NCBI GenBank assembly: GCA_027460535.1
Contig: JAPZAR010000027.1
Coordinates: 150,001 to 182,000 of the forward strand
DNA from: Candidatus Methanoperedens sp.
GTDB taxonomy: Archaea > Halobacteriota > Methanosarcinia > Methanosarcinales > Methanoperedenaceae
Reading direction: 5' to 3'
Length of the DNA: 32,000 nt
Below are positions 15,196 to 24,103 of this stretch, in pieces. A model generated the notes under the pieces. That model had not been told where the DNA came from. It worked only from the letters and a program-made list of their open reading frames with translations, and searched no databases. The first letter of the stretch is position 1. Each line of letters begins with the position of its first letter. The position numbers and the translations under genes were made by a program.

Positions 15196-16572
15196 GTGGA
15201 TATCATTGAGGCCGGTTCTGCGATCACCTCGGAAGGCGAAAGGGCCTCTATCAAGAAAATAGCAGGTGAAGGCCTGAACGCCGAGATATGCAGCTATTGC
15301 CGTATCCGTAAGGAAGACATCGACAGCGCCCTCGGCTGCGACGTGGATTCCATTCATCTTGTGGTGCCAGTATCCGACCTCCATATCCAGCAGAAACTCA
15401 AAAAGGATCGTGAGGCCGTAAGAGAAATGGCCGTTGAGATGACGGAGTACGCAAAATCGCACGGATTGATTGTCGAACTCAGCGGAGAAGATGCATCCCG
15501 CGCAGACCTTGATTACTTAAAGACCGTTTACAATGCAGGAATTGATGCAGGCGCGGACAGGCTGTGTTTCTGTGATACCGTAGGTATACTTGTCCCGGAG
15601 AGAACTTATGAGATCTTCAGTGACCTGTCGCTGCTCAAAGCCCCCATAAGTATCCACTGCCACAATGATTTCGGGATGGCAACGGCGAATACGGTCGCAG
15701 CGCTCCGGGCAGGCGCGCATGAAGCGCACGTCACCATAAACGGTATCGGCGAGCGGGCAGGGAACACATCGCTTGAAGAAGTTGTCATGGTGCTTTATTC
15801 CTTATACAGATACAAAACCAAAATCGACCTGAAAGGACTTTACACCACCTCACGCCTCGTGAGCAGGTTGAGCGGCATCCCCGTGGCCCCGAATAAGGCC
15901 ATCGTGGGCGGGAACGCTTTCACCCATGAAGCAGGCATACATGTACACGGCCTTCTTGCGAACACAGCTACATACGAACCCATCACGCCCGAACTTGTTG
16001 GGCGCGAGAGGCGCATCGTGCTCGGCAAGCATGCGGGAAAAAGTTCGGTCGTGCTTGCAATGAAAGAAATGGGCATAGCTGCTACCGAAAAGCAGATCGA
16101 TGACATAGTGGATCGAATGAAGGAACTGGGTGACAAAGGAAAGCGCGTCACGGATGCAGACCTCCAGACCATTGCGGAAACGGTGCTTGGCATATACCAG
16201 GAAGCCAAGGTCAAGCTTGAAGAGCTCACGGTCGTTTCGGGAAATACAGTTATGCCGACTGCATCCATTCGCCTCAGCGTCAACGGCAAGCATGTGGTGG
16301 AAGCTGGCGTTGGAACTGGACCGGTTGATGCCGCCATCAACGCCCTGTATAAAGCCGTATCGGGCGTGGCAGATATCCATCTTGATGAGTACCATGTTGA
16401 TGCAATAACGGGCGGAACAGACGCCCTTGTCGAGGTCTGGGTGAAGCTCAGCAAAGGCGGAAAGACGATAACAGCCCGCGGCGCACGGACTGATATAATA
16501 ATGGCTTCCGTGGAGGCAGTTCTCGAGGGAATTAACAGGTTGATGCAGCAGGAACAGAAGAAGAGCCCTTAG
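15196..16572 (+). CDS. cimA: (R)-citramalate synthase / 2-isopropylmalate synthase family (CimA-like); homology continues upstream to ~15085
   Basis: Strong resemblance to methanogen CimA ([43 protein letters not shown]-terminal LeuA-dimer-like domain). The coordinates are the ORF-track GTG start. The same frame upstream encodes [37 protein letters not shown], which includes the essential DTTLRDGEQ motif, with no ATG/GTG/TTG in frame. See the finding at 15060-15196. Confidence 0.9.
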   Translation: MDIIEAGSAITSEGERASIKKIAGEGLNAEICSYCRIRKEDIDSALGCDVDSIHLVVPVSDLHIQQKLKKDREAVREMAVEMTEYAKSHGLIVELSGEDASRADLDYLKTVYNAGIDAGADRLCFCDTVGILVPERTYEIFSDLSLLKAPISIHCHNDFGMATANTVAALRAGAHEAHVTINGIGERAGNTSLEEVVMVLYSLYRYKTKIDLKGLYTTSRLVSRLSGIPVAPNKAIVGGNAFTHEAGIHVHGLLANTATYEPITPELVGRERRIVLGKHAGKSSVVLAMKEMGIAATEKQIDDIVDRMKELGDKGKRVTDADLQTIAETVLGIYQEAKVKLEELTVVSGNTVMPTASIRLSVNGKHVVEAGVGTGPVDAAINALYKAVSGVADIHLDEYHVDAITGGTDALVEVWVKLSKGGKTITARGARTDIIMASVEAVLEGINRLMQQEQKKSP

Positions 16573-16656
16573 AAATATTTATTAAACATCAGTCTGTTTT
16601 ACTGAACCCGTCTAGAAAGATTGATATTATCTGGATTCATCAAACAGGTGAATAAA

Positions 16657-18336
16657 ATGACAAAACCCAAAATACCTGGCGCTAAGGCGGTTATAGAATC
16701 ACTTTACAAAGAGAATGTAGATGTCATCTTCGGCTATCCGGGCGGTCAGGTGCTGCCCCTGTATGATGAACTCTATGATGCTGACATAAGACATATTCTC
16801 GTAAGACATGAACAGGCAGCTGCGCATGCCGCAGACGGCTATGCAAGGGCTACCGGCAAAGCGGGTGTGTGCCTTGCCACCTCCGGACCCGGAGCCACGA
16901 ACCTCGTTACAGGGATAGCAACGGCCTATATGGATTCAATACCCGTTGTGGCAATAACCGGGCAGGTGCCACGGTCCCTCATAGGAAATGATGCTTTCCA
17001 GGAAGCCAATATCACGGGAATAACACTTCCCATAACAAAGCACAATTATCTGATCCAGGACACAAAGGACATCCCACGAGTATTCAAGGAAGCATTTTAT
17101 ATTGCACAGACAGGGCGCCCGGGCCCAGTTTTGATAGATCTGCCCAAGGATACCCAGACGGAACTCATAGAATTCGAATATCCGCAAGAAGTAAAACTGC
17201 GCGGGTATAAGCCAACCTACGCGGGAAATGAACAGCAGATCAAAAAGGCAGCATCACTTATCCTGAAGTCCGAAAAACCTATTTTCTACGTCGGCGGGGG
17301 GATCATTTTCTCGAATGCTACCGAAGAACTTCGTGCGCTGGCAGAAGGTATTATGGCGCCTGTCACAACGACCCTGATGGGCATGGGAGCCTTCCCGACA
17401 TCCCACCCCCTTTCTGTTGGGATGCTGGGTATGCATGGAACGAGGTATGCCAATTACGCGATCCAGGAATCAGATTTGATTATAGCCGTGGGCGTGCGAT
17501 TTGACGACCGCGTTACAGGTAAGATATCCGCCTTTGCCCCGAACGCCAAAATAATCCACATAGATATTGATCCAGCCGAGATAGGGAAGAACGTTCGGGT
17601 TGACATTCCGATCGTAGGAGATGCAAAGAACATCCTGAAAGCCCTTCTCAAATACGTTAAACAGGAACAGGTAAGAACAGACTCGTGGATCAAGAAGATC
17701 GACGGATGGAAAAAGGAATATCCGCTTTCATATAAGAAGGATAACTTTTTGCGCCCTCAGTTCGTGGTGGAGCAGATAAGTGAGATATGCCCCGATGCTA
17801 TAATTGTCACAGAGGTTGGGCAGAACCAGATGTGGGCTGCACAATTCTATAATTATAAAAACCCGCGCACCTTCATATCGAGCGGCGGTCTTGGCACAAT
17901 GGGCTATGGCTTCCCGGCTGCTATGGGTGCAAAGGTCGGAAAGCCTGAATCCACGGTTATCGATATTGCCGGTGATGGCTCTTTCCAGATGAACTCCCAG
18001 GAACTGGCGACGGTTGTCCAGAACGACATACCTGTGATCGTGGCTATCCTGAACAATGGCTTCCTCGGCATGGTGAGGCAGTGGCAGGAATTGTTCTTCA
18101 ACAGGCGCTATTCAGCTACGTCCCTTGAAGGCAGCGTGGATTTTGTTAAACTCGCCGAAGCTTACGGTGCATTGGGCCTGAGGGCGAAAAAGAAGGACGA
18201 AGTCAAGGATGTCATAAAGGAAGCAGTGAAATCTGAACGACCAACCATCATCGATTTTGTGGTCGAACATGAGGAGAACGTCTCGCCGATGGTCCCGGCA
18301 GGCGCGGCAATCAACGAAATACTGGATCTGGAGTGA
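16657..18336 (+). CDS. ilvB: Acetolactate synthase (acetohydroxyacid synthase) large catalytic subunit
   Basis: TPP-enzyme pattern (GYPGG, GPGATN, TPP-binding [14 protein letters not shown]...NN). The ATG at 16657 is preceded by AGGTGA. The ORF track starts at the TTG at 16621. Confidence 0.93.
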   Translation: MTKPKIPGAKAVIESLYKENVDVIFGYPGGQVLPLYDELYDADIRHILVRHEQAAAHAADGYARATGKAGVCLATSGPGATNLVTGIATAYMDSIPVVAITGQVPRSLIGNDAFQEANITGITLPITKHNYLIQDTKDIPRVFKEAFYIAQTGRPGPVLIDLPKDTQTELIEFEYPQEVKLRGYKPTYAGNEQQIKKAASLILKSEKPIFYVGGGIIFSNATEELRALAEGIMAPVTTTLMGMGAFPTSHPLSVGMLGMHGTRYANYAIQESDLIIAVGVRFDDRVTGKISAFAPNAKIIHIDIDPAEIGKNVRVDIPIVGDAKNILKALLKYVKQEQVRTDSWIKKIDGWKKEYPLSYKKDNFLRPQFVVEQISEICPDAIIVTEVGQNQMWAAQFYNYKNPRTFISSGGLGTMGYGFPAAMGAKVGKPESTVIDIAGDGSFQMNSQELATVVQNDIPVIVAILNNGFLGMVRQWQELFFNRRYSATSLEGSVDFVKLAEAYGALGLRAKKKDEVKDVIKEAVKSERPTIIDFVVEHEENVSPMVPAGAAINEILDLE

Positions 18337-18342
18337 AGAAAA

Positions 18343-18846
18343 ATGAAACATACTCTTGCCGTACTTGTGGAAAATAGATCAGGTGTCCTGACACGGGTTG
18401 CGGGCTTATTCTCGCGGCGCGGGTTCAACATAGAAAGCCTGGCCGTCGGGGTCACCGAAGATCCCGATACCTCGCGCATGACCATCGTTGTGAGCGGGGA
18501 CGACCGCGTGCTTGAACAGGTTATGAAGCAGCTCAACAAGCTCATTGATGTAATACGCGTGAGCGACATCTCACAGGATGAAGCGGTTCACAGGGAGCTT
18601 GCCCTCATCAAAGTCGGCGTTGAACCATCCACTCGTGCCGAAGTGATGCAGATTGTGGACGTGTTCAGGGCAAAGATCGTGGACGTTGGAATAAAATCAC
18701 TTGTCGTAGAGGTAACGGGTGACGAGAGCAAGGTGAATGCGATGGAGCAGCTTCTGCGCCAGTTCGGGATAAAGGAAATGGTGAGGACAGGGAAAATAGC
18801 GGTGAACCGGGGTGCAAAAACGGTTCAATCCGAGAAACGGCAATAA
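18343..18846 (+). CDS. ilvN: Acetolactate synthase small (regulatory, ACT domain) subunit
   Basis: HTLAVLVENRSGVLTRVAGLFSRRGFNIESLAV is the canonical IlvH/IlvN ACT-domain N-terminus. The gene starts 6 nt after the ilvB stop. Confidence 0.92.
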   Translation: MKHTLAVLVENRSGVLTRVAGLFSRRGFNIESLAVGVTEDPDTSRMTIVVSGDDRVLEQVMKQLNKLIDVIRVSDISQDEAVHRELALIKVGVEPSTRAEVMQIVDVFRAKIVDVGIKSLVVEVTGDESKVNAMEQLLRQFGIKEMVRTGKIAVNRGAKTVQSEKRQ

Positions 18847-18901
18847 AGATTGAAACATTTATAACTATCAATGTAATCAAAAGGACAAAGGAGGATAAAT
18901 T

Positions 18902-19897
18902 ATGGTTAAAATATTTTATGACAAGGATGCGGATCTTGACGTATTGAAAAATAAAACGATCGCAGTTATCGGTTACGGCAGCCAGGGCGGGGGTCAGGCG
19001 CAGAACCTGCATGATTCAGGTCTTGACGTTGTCGTGGGTGCTAGGAAAGGCGGCGAGTCATGGTCACAGGCAAAGGCGGACGGACTTTCTGTCATGACAA
19101 TGTCAGATGCTGCTGAAAAAGGAGACCTTATACAGATGCTGGTGCCGGATGAGATACAGGGCGCAGTGTATTACAGTGAAATAGCACCACACATGAGCAG
19201 GGGCAAGACGCTGTGCTTTTCACATGGTTTTAACATCCATTATAACCAGATTGTGCCGCCCAAAGATGTGGATGTGATAATGGTGGCGCCAAAAGGCCCG
19301 GGTTTCCTGGTACGGCGCACTTACACCGAAGGTAATGGTGTTCCCGCGCTTCTCGCGATATACCAGGATGCCTCGGGGAATGCAAGGGATACAGGTATGG
19401 CGTATGCAAAAGGTATAGGGGCTACGCGTGCGGGTGTGTTAGAAACCACCTTTAAGGAAGAGACTGAAACAGATCTCTTTGGCGAGCAGGTCGACCTGTG
19501 CGGCGGGGTGACATGCCTGATGAAAGCATCATTCGAGACGCTCGTTGCCGCCGGATACCAGCCCGAGATAGCTTATTTTGAAACTTTCCATGAAATGAAG
19601 CTCATTATCGACCTGATCCATGAGGGCGGTTTGAGCAAGATGTGGTATTATGTTTCAAATACCGCTGAGTACGGAGGATTGACGGTCGGCCCGAAGATAA
19701 TCAACGAGCAGTCGCGCCAGGCCATGAAAGAGGCGCTGCGCAGGATACAGAGCGGCGAGTTCGCAAAGGAATTCGTGCTTGAGAGCCGGGCAAACAGGCC
19801 TGTGTTGAATGCCCTTGAGAGACAGGAGAACGAGCATCAGGTGGAGAAGGTCGGGAAAGAACTCCGCGCCATGATGCCATGGCTTAAAAAAGATTGA
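18902..19897 (+). CDS. ilvC: Ketol-acid reductoisomerase (class I)
   Basis: 331 aa with a Rossmann motif (GYGSQG) and typical IlvC blocks ([23 protein letters not shown]). An AGGAGGA RBS lies upstream. Confidence 0.95.
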   Translation: MVKIFYDKDADLDVLKNKTIAVIGYGSQGGGQAQNLHDSGLDVVVGARKGGESWSQAKADGLSVMTMSDAAEKGDLIQMLVPDEIQGAVYYSEIAPHMSRGKTLCFSHGFNIHYNQIVPPKDVDVIMVAPKGPGFLVRRTYTEGNGVPALLAIYQDASGNARDTGMAYAKGIGATRAGVLETTFKEETETDLFGEQVDLCGGVTCLMKASFETLVAAGYQPEIAYFETFHEMKLIIDLIHEGGLSKMWYYVSNTAEYGGLTVGPKIINEQSRQAMKEALRRIQSGEFAKEFVLESRANRPVLNALERQENEHQVEKVGKELRAMMPWLKKD

Positions 19898-19953
19898 ACA
19901 GATGGCAAAAATGCCATCCTTCTTTAAAAAATTCTGTTCTTTTTCTAACAATA

Positions 19954-20376
19954 TTATTTCGCGATTATTGTTCCAGTCATGGTTGGATGGATCGAACAAC
20001 CATAATTGAATGTCCCAGCTTGATCGAATGTGTGATTGAATGTCTCTCCCTGGCTGAGCGGCCCTGAATCGAAACCAGTGCCTGTTACAGTATGTGATAC
20101 CCCGCTGTCTTCCTGCGTCCAGACTACAGTTGTTCCTATTGCTATCGTCACCGTAGCAGGAACGAACGCAAAACTTTTGATTTCAACAGCCACTGGCTGT
20201 GCTGTCAGCGTTGGTGAGGCCGTTAAGGTTTGTGTAGGTGAGGCGGTCAACGTTTGTGTTGGCGCTGGTTGCGTTGTTGTCGGTTGTGACGTAGGCGTGG
20301 TTGTTGTACTCGGTCCCGCGCACCCGCTCAGCAATACAATGAGAACTAAAAATCCAATGACTAATTTCTTTTCCAT
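19954..20376 (-). CDS. Cupredoxin (plastocyanin/amicyanin-like blue copper) lipoprotein with Pro/Thr-rich linker
   Basis: Signal peptide plus lipobox-like LLSGC. The PT linker has a tandem TQTLTASP repeat. Type-1 Cu ligand pattern is H (SHTV) ... C-x2-H-x2-M (GCSIHPTM). Confidence 0.8.
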   Translation of the reverse strand: MEKKLVIGFLVLIVLLSGCAGPSTTTTPTSQPTTTQPAPTQTLTASPTQTLTASPTLTAQPVAVEIKSFAFVPATVTIAIGTTVVWTQEDSGVSHTVTGTGFDSGPLSQGETFNHTFDQAGTFNYGCSIHPTMTGTIIAK

Positions 20377-20513
20377 AATTATCCTCCCATATTTAAGTTA
20401 TGGATTCCAAGATAAATACATTTTTTAATTATCTGAATAGGATAATAATTAGATAAGGTTCAATTATCTTCCAGGTTCAGCGTGAGCCTTTGCCAGAAAT
20501 GGTTAAAAGATAT

Positions 20514-20888
20514 TCAAAGGGTGATTACGAGCTGCCCTTCTTCGCAGTACTGCAGCATCATGTCGGCCACTTCAAAGGAATGTATCATTTCCACTCCTTC
20601 GATCAGTTCGTTCTGCTCAAAACCGATCATTGCAGATGCCAGCTCGCAGCATTTGAACTTTACTCCAAGTTCCATGCATTCCATGACGCGCTCGTCATAC
20701 GGAGGCGCCCCGCGCTTCCCTTTTTTGCCAAGGATTACTCCCATCGGACCCCAAAGCACCACGACGACGTCAAGATCCTTCTTTCGGTAATATTTGGCAA
20801 AGCGCAGAATTTCCATGGGGCTTGTGCTCTCATAGACCATGTTCTTGAGGAAAAGGAGTACTTTTGTGACCTTATTTTGAGGCATCAA
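20514..20888 (-). CDS. DsrE/DsrF-like family protein
   Basis: 124 aa. It has the alternating beta-alpha pattern (KVLLFL...VVVVLWGPMGVIL....CCELA) seen in small DsrE-like proteins. Family assignment is by eye only. Confidence 0.45.
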   Translation of the reverse strand: MMPQNKVTKVLLFLKNMVYESTSPMEILRFAKYYRKKDLDVVVVLWGPMGVILGKKGKRGAPPYDERVMECMELGVKFKCCELASAMIGFEQNELIEGVEMIHSFEVADMMLQYCEEGQLVITL

Positions 20889-21007
20889 ATGTATATTTTG
20901 AGAAGAGATGTATTTTAAGGTATCTGCACAAGATTGAAACTGTCTGATCGGCTTTCTTCATTGACTCAAGAAAGCTTTATTATGTATGCATTGCATACAA
21001 ATAAGAC

Positions 21008-21313
21008 ATGACAGAAGTAAGCGTATCTGCAAGGATTCCAGATGACGTATTTAAAGAACTTGAATCCTTTATGAAAGAAGAATCCCTTGAAAAATCTGCC
21101 TCAATAAGGAAATTGCTTGCAGAAGGGTTGCAGCATTGGAAAGAGGAGCGTGCGCTGAAATTATTGGAGGAGGGAAAAGTGACTTTTTTAAAAGCTGCGC
21201 AAATGGCAGGACTTTCTGTATGGGATTTCGCTGATCTTGTACGTGAAAAGGGGGTAGTCTGGGTCAAATCAGAGAAATTTGTGGACTCTGACATTAAAAA
21301 GGCGCTCCAATGA
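21008..21313 (+). CDS. RHH/UPF0175-family antitoxin-like protein
   Basis: The N-terminus is CopG/RHH-like (IPDDVFKELESFMKEESLEKSASIRKLLAEGL). The C-terminus is a UPF0175-like HTH (KVTFLKAAQMAGLSVWDFADLVREKG). The 3' end overlaps the next gene by 4 bp. Confidence 0.7.
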   Translation: MTEVSVSARIPDDVFKELESFMKEESLEKSASIRKLLAEGLQHWKEERALKLLEEGKVTFLKAAQMAGLSVWDFADLVREKGVVWVKSEKFVDSDIKKALQ

Positions 21314-21816
21314 AGCCTCTGATTTTTGATGCCACACCCCTGATTTACCATGGGAAGGCGAACCTCATTGAAAAAGTGAAACGTTTTCCTGAAGATAAAT
21401 ATACAACGAAATCTGTTTATAGAGAGGTTGTGGAGAAAGGAAAAAAAAGTGGAAAACCGGAGGTTTTTTTGATAGAATCTCTCTTCAAAAAAGATGAAAT
21501 TAAAATAAAAGACCCTTCCAATAAAAAATTTGTAGAACATCTAAAAGAAAATCCTAAAATCCATGAAGCTGATGTTGATGTTCTTGCATTAGCTTATGAA
21601 TTAAAGGGCATCGCGCTGATGGATGATGAAGAAGCAAGAGGTATGGCAGAAATAGAGGGAATAGAGCATCATGGGACTATCTATCTGCTTTTGAGAATGA
21701 GGAAACTGAAATTGCTCACGAAAGAGGAGGCTGTCGCTGGTCTCAATGAGATGATACGTATGGGCTGGAGATGTTCCACGGAGCTATATGCACGGATATT
21801 GATGGAGATAAAGTGA
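21310..21816 (+). CDS. PIN-like (DUF3368/COG2405-type) nucleic-acid-binding protein, putative toxin partner
   Basis: 168 aa with an N-terminal IFDATPLI (PIN acidic residue context) and later EADVDVLALA and DDEEAR acidic motifs. The UPF0175 + DUF3368 gene order is canonical. Confidence 0.6.
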   Translation: MKPLIFDATPLIYHGKANLIEKVKRFPEDKYTTKSVYREVVEKGKKSGKPEVFLIESLFKKDEIKIKDPSNKKFVEHLKENPKIHEADVDVLALAYELKGIALMDDEEARGMAEIEGIEHHGTIYLLLRMRKLKLLTKEEAVAGLNEMIRMGWRCSTELYARILMEIK

Positions 21817-21844
21817 TAAAAGTATCACTATTTGTCAATAGAAA

Positions 21845-23119
21845 TCATTCAGCCTTTCCCGTCATCTCCTCCAGCAATTCCTTCGCCCTGTCAGCCCTGA
21901 CCTTTCTTTCCTTCACCATTATCTCAGCTATCTTATCAACCAGATCCCCGGTAGCCCCTGCCTGTATCGCCACGTTCCTTGAATGAAGCCCCATATGCCC
22001 CCTCTGGATTCCTTCAGTTGCGAGCGCGCGCATGGCTGCGAAATTCTGGGCTAGGCCAAGCGCCGCGAATACCTCGCCCATTTCCGTGGCAGTCTTGACG
22101 TTGAGTATCTTTACTGCAGCCCTCGCTATCGGATTGGTCTTCGTGGCGCCTCCCACAAGACCCACTGCAATCGGCATCTCTATCGTGCCAACGAGGTCGC
22201 CCTCCTCATTTTTCTCGTAGGCTGAAAGCGGCCTGTAAATTCCGCTGCGCGATGCATAGACGTGTGCCCCGGCCTCGATTGCGCGTGTGTCGTTGCCCGT
22301 GGCAAGGACTGCAGCGCTCACGCCATTCATTATACCTTTGTTATGCGTGGCTGCACGATACGGGTCGCCTGCCGCAAAATGATACGCTGCAAGGATGCCA
22401 TCAACGACCTCTTCGCCACCTATGGCTTCTCTCGTGAACACTGCTTTTGCCCGCATTATTCTTTTGTCAGCAAAATTCGAGATTATCCGAAGATACACGC
22501 GCCCTCCAGTCAGCTCCTCCAGATAAGGCGCCACTGTTTCAGCCATTGTATTTACGGCATTGGCGCCCATGGCATCACGGCAATCCACTATCAGATGGGT
22601 GATAACCATCTTCCCACCCGGTGTATCGATAACCCTTACTTCCACATCTTTTGCGCCGCCGCCGAACTTCACGAGCACTGGGTCCACCTCGTTCGCGCGC
22701 CTTATTATCTCATCCTTTTTCTCAAGTATCCTCATCCTTGCACCGTTGGGGTCGGCGATTTCCACGGCCTGTATCTGTCCGATCATCACAGGGCCCGTAC
22801 TGCTCGTGGTGAACCCTCCACACTCGCGCGCCATCTTGGCGGCGTTGCTGGCAGCGGCTATCACCGAAGGTTCTTCGATCGCCATTGGAATGAGGTAATC
22901 CTTCCCATTGATCAGGAAATTGACAGCCACGCCCATGGGCACTTCCATGACGCCGATGAGGTTTTCAACCATGCGGTCAGCCGCATCCAGTGAAAGGGCG
23001 CCTGTGGCGCTGATGCATGATGATTCCTCGCCTGTGAGTTCTGCAAATTCTGATACGAGCTTGAGTCTTTCCTTTGGGCTTAGCTTATAGAAACCTGAAA
23101 TTTTGGAAGTTTTGGTCAT
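21845..23119 (-). CDS. hmgA: Hydroxymethylglutaryl-CoA reductase, class II type
   Basis: 424 aa. ENLIGVMEVPMGVAVNFLINGKDYLIPMAIEEPSVIAAASNAAK, DAMGANAVNTM, VGLVGGATKTNP and TEGIQRGHMGLHSRN match class II (P. mevalonii / A. fulgidus type) HMGR blocks. Confidence 0.92.
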   Translation of the reverse strand: MTKTSKISGFYKLSPKERLKLVSEFAELTGEESSCISATGALSLDAADRMVENLIGVMEVPMGVAVNFLINGKDYLIPMAIEEPSVIAAASNAAKMARECGGFTTSSTGPVMIGQIQAVEIADPNGARMRILEKKDEIIRRANEVDPVLVKFGGGAKDVEVRVIDTPGGKMVITHLIVDCRDAMGANAVNTMAETVAPYLEELTGGRVYLRIISNFADKRIMRAKAVFTREAIGGEEVVDGILAAYHFAAGDPYRAATHNKGIMNGVSAAVLATGNDTRAIEAGAHVYASRSGIYRPLSAYEKNEEGDLVGTIEMPIAVGLVGGATKTNPIARAAVKILNVKTATEMGEVFAALGLAQNFAAMRALATEGIQRGHMGLHSRNVAIQAGATGDLVDKIAEIMVKERKVRADRAKELLEEMTGKAE

Positions 23120-23327
23120 AATACCCTCAAATGGAATTAAAACATCGGAGATGTATAAATAGATTTTCGGCTGGTGATCTTATCATTTGGTCAGTCAAAG
23201 GCGGGCCAAAGATGAACAACGGTGAGAGCAGATTCGTTAATAGTGGCATTCCGATTACTCGACATGCAGTTTTCGAGTTTCGAAATGTATATATTGAGAG
23301 AACATTATTAGAAGAAAGCCCTCTCAT

Positions 23328-23401
23328 GGGCTGGTAGCTTAGACAGGCAGAGCGTCGGACTCTTAATCCGACGGCCGTGGGTTCAAATCCCTCCCAGCCC
23401 G
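23328..23401 (+). tRNA. tRNA-Lys (anticodon CUU)
   Basis: Hand-folded cloverleaf of 74 nt. The acceptor is GGGCTGG/CCAGCCC, the D-arm GCTT..GAGC, and the anticodon arm TCGGA-CTCTTAA-TCCGA (CTT). It has a 5-nt variable loop and a T-arm GTGGG-TTCAAAT-CCCTC with one U-U mismatch. The discriminator is G and no CCA is encoded. Confidence 0.85.
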
Positions 23402-23677
23402 CTGATTTTTACGAAAAATCAACTAAGATGAGTATCGATACTCCTATATCCAAATGGAAGTATTACAAAATAAATGAGGACGCAGTTTTTGTATTAAAAG
23501 GCTCCAATAAGTTCTGGTCACAATTGTTTGTTTCTTCAGCACAATGGTTCATGAACATTTTCTAATTTGTTCATCTAAAATCTCATCTCTCTATTTTCGT
23601 TCCATCGACAGCTTAATATATGATAATAAAATAACATTAAGCTGTTAATTATTTTAACAATCACGGAGTGGTGTGAT

Positions 23678-24103
23678 ATGAAAGAAGAAAAATTGAAAAA
23701 TGATGAATCAATATCTGAACAACTTGAGAATAATAAGGACATAGAAGAAGCCAAAGCTATGTTGAAAGAATTAAAGATGGATGAATTAAATAAATACGAA
23801 GATGTTTTAAAAACTGTTCGCAATATTTTTCCCAATCTTGATAAAATTCTTACTCCGTTTGAAATAATTGATGCACTCGGATTAGTTGATATTGCTAAGG
23901 AAGGTTGTCAAGCGTGTCAACATTGCCAATTATGCCAAAATTGTAATACATGCCAGACATGTAATTCGTGCAACACTTGTCAGTTACAAGCACATGGAAT
24001 TTTTGAAGGAGTTCCTAGGCCTGCAGATTATTTAGCCAGGCTTCAATTAATTCAAATATTAAAAGTTCTTAGCAAGCATATTCCAATTGATAGGGAGAGT
24101 TAA
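23678..24103 (+). CDS. Cys-triplet-repeat peptide (candidate RiPP precursor)
   Basis: 141 aa. Residues 77-102 are CQACQHCQLCQNCNTCQTCNSCNTCQ, giving nine Cys at exact i+3 spacing, each followed by Gln or Asn. It has a charged helical N-terminal region of about 75 aa. A GGAGTGGTG RBS lies upstream, with a TATA-like ttaatatatgataataaaa at about 23614. Confidence 0.7.
   Translation: MKEEKLKNDESISEQLENNKDIEEAKAMLKELKMDELNKYEDVLKTVRNIFPNLDKILTPFEIIDALGLVDIAKEGCQACQHCQLCQNCNTCQTCNSCNTCQLQAHGIFEGVPRPADYLARLQLIQILKVLSKHIPIDRES

Noticed and set aside
20036-20918. + strand ORFs 20036..20428, 20482..20790 and 20490..20918
   Set aside because: They lie antisense to the cupredoxin and DsrE-like genes, which have signal peptide and ligand motifs or a consistent fold pattern. 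No motifs of their own.
20980-21540. 186-aa minus-strand ORF across the TA pair
   Set aside because: It lies antisense to the overlapping UPF0175/PIN-like pair. Its sequence is Phe/Ser-rich and low-complexity.
23377-23565. 62-aa ORF starting inside the tRNA-Lys gene
   Set aside because: It begins within the tRNA T-arm (GTG) and has no RBS or motif, so it is most likely spurious.
23575-23835. 86-aa minus-strand ORF overlapping the Cys-repeat peptide gene
   Set aside because: It lies antisense to an ORF that has an RBS, operon context and a striking periodic motif. It is an AT-rich low-complexity translation.
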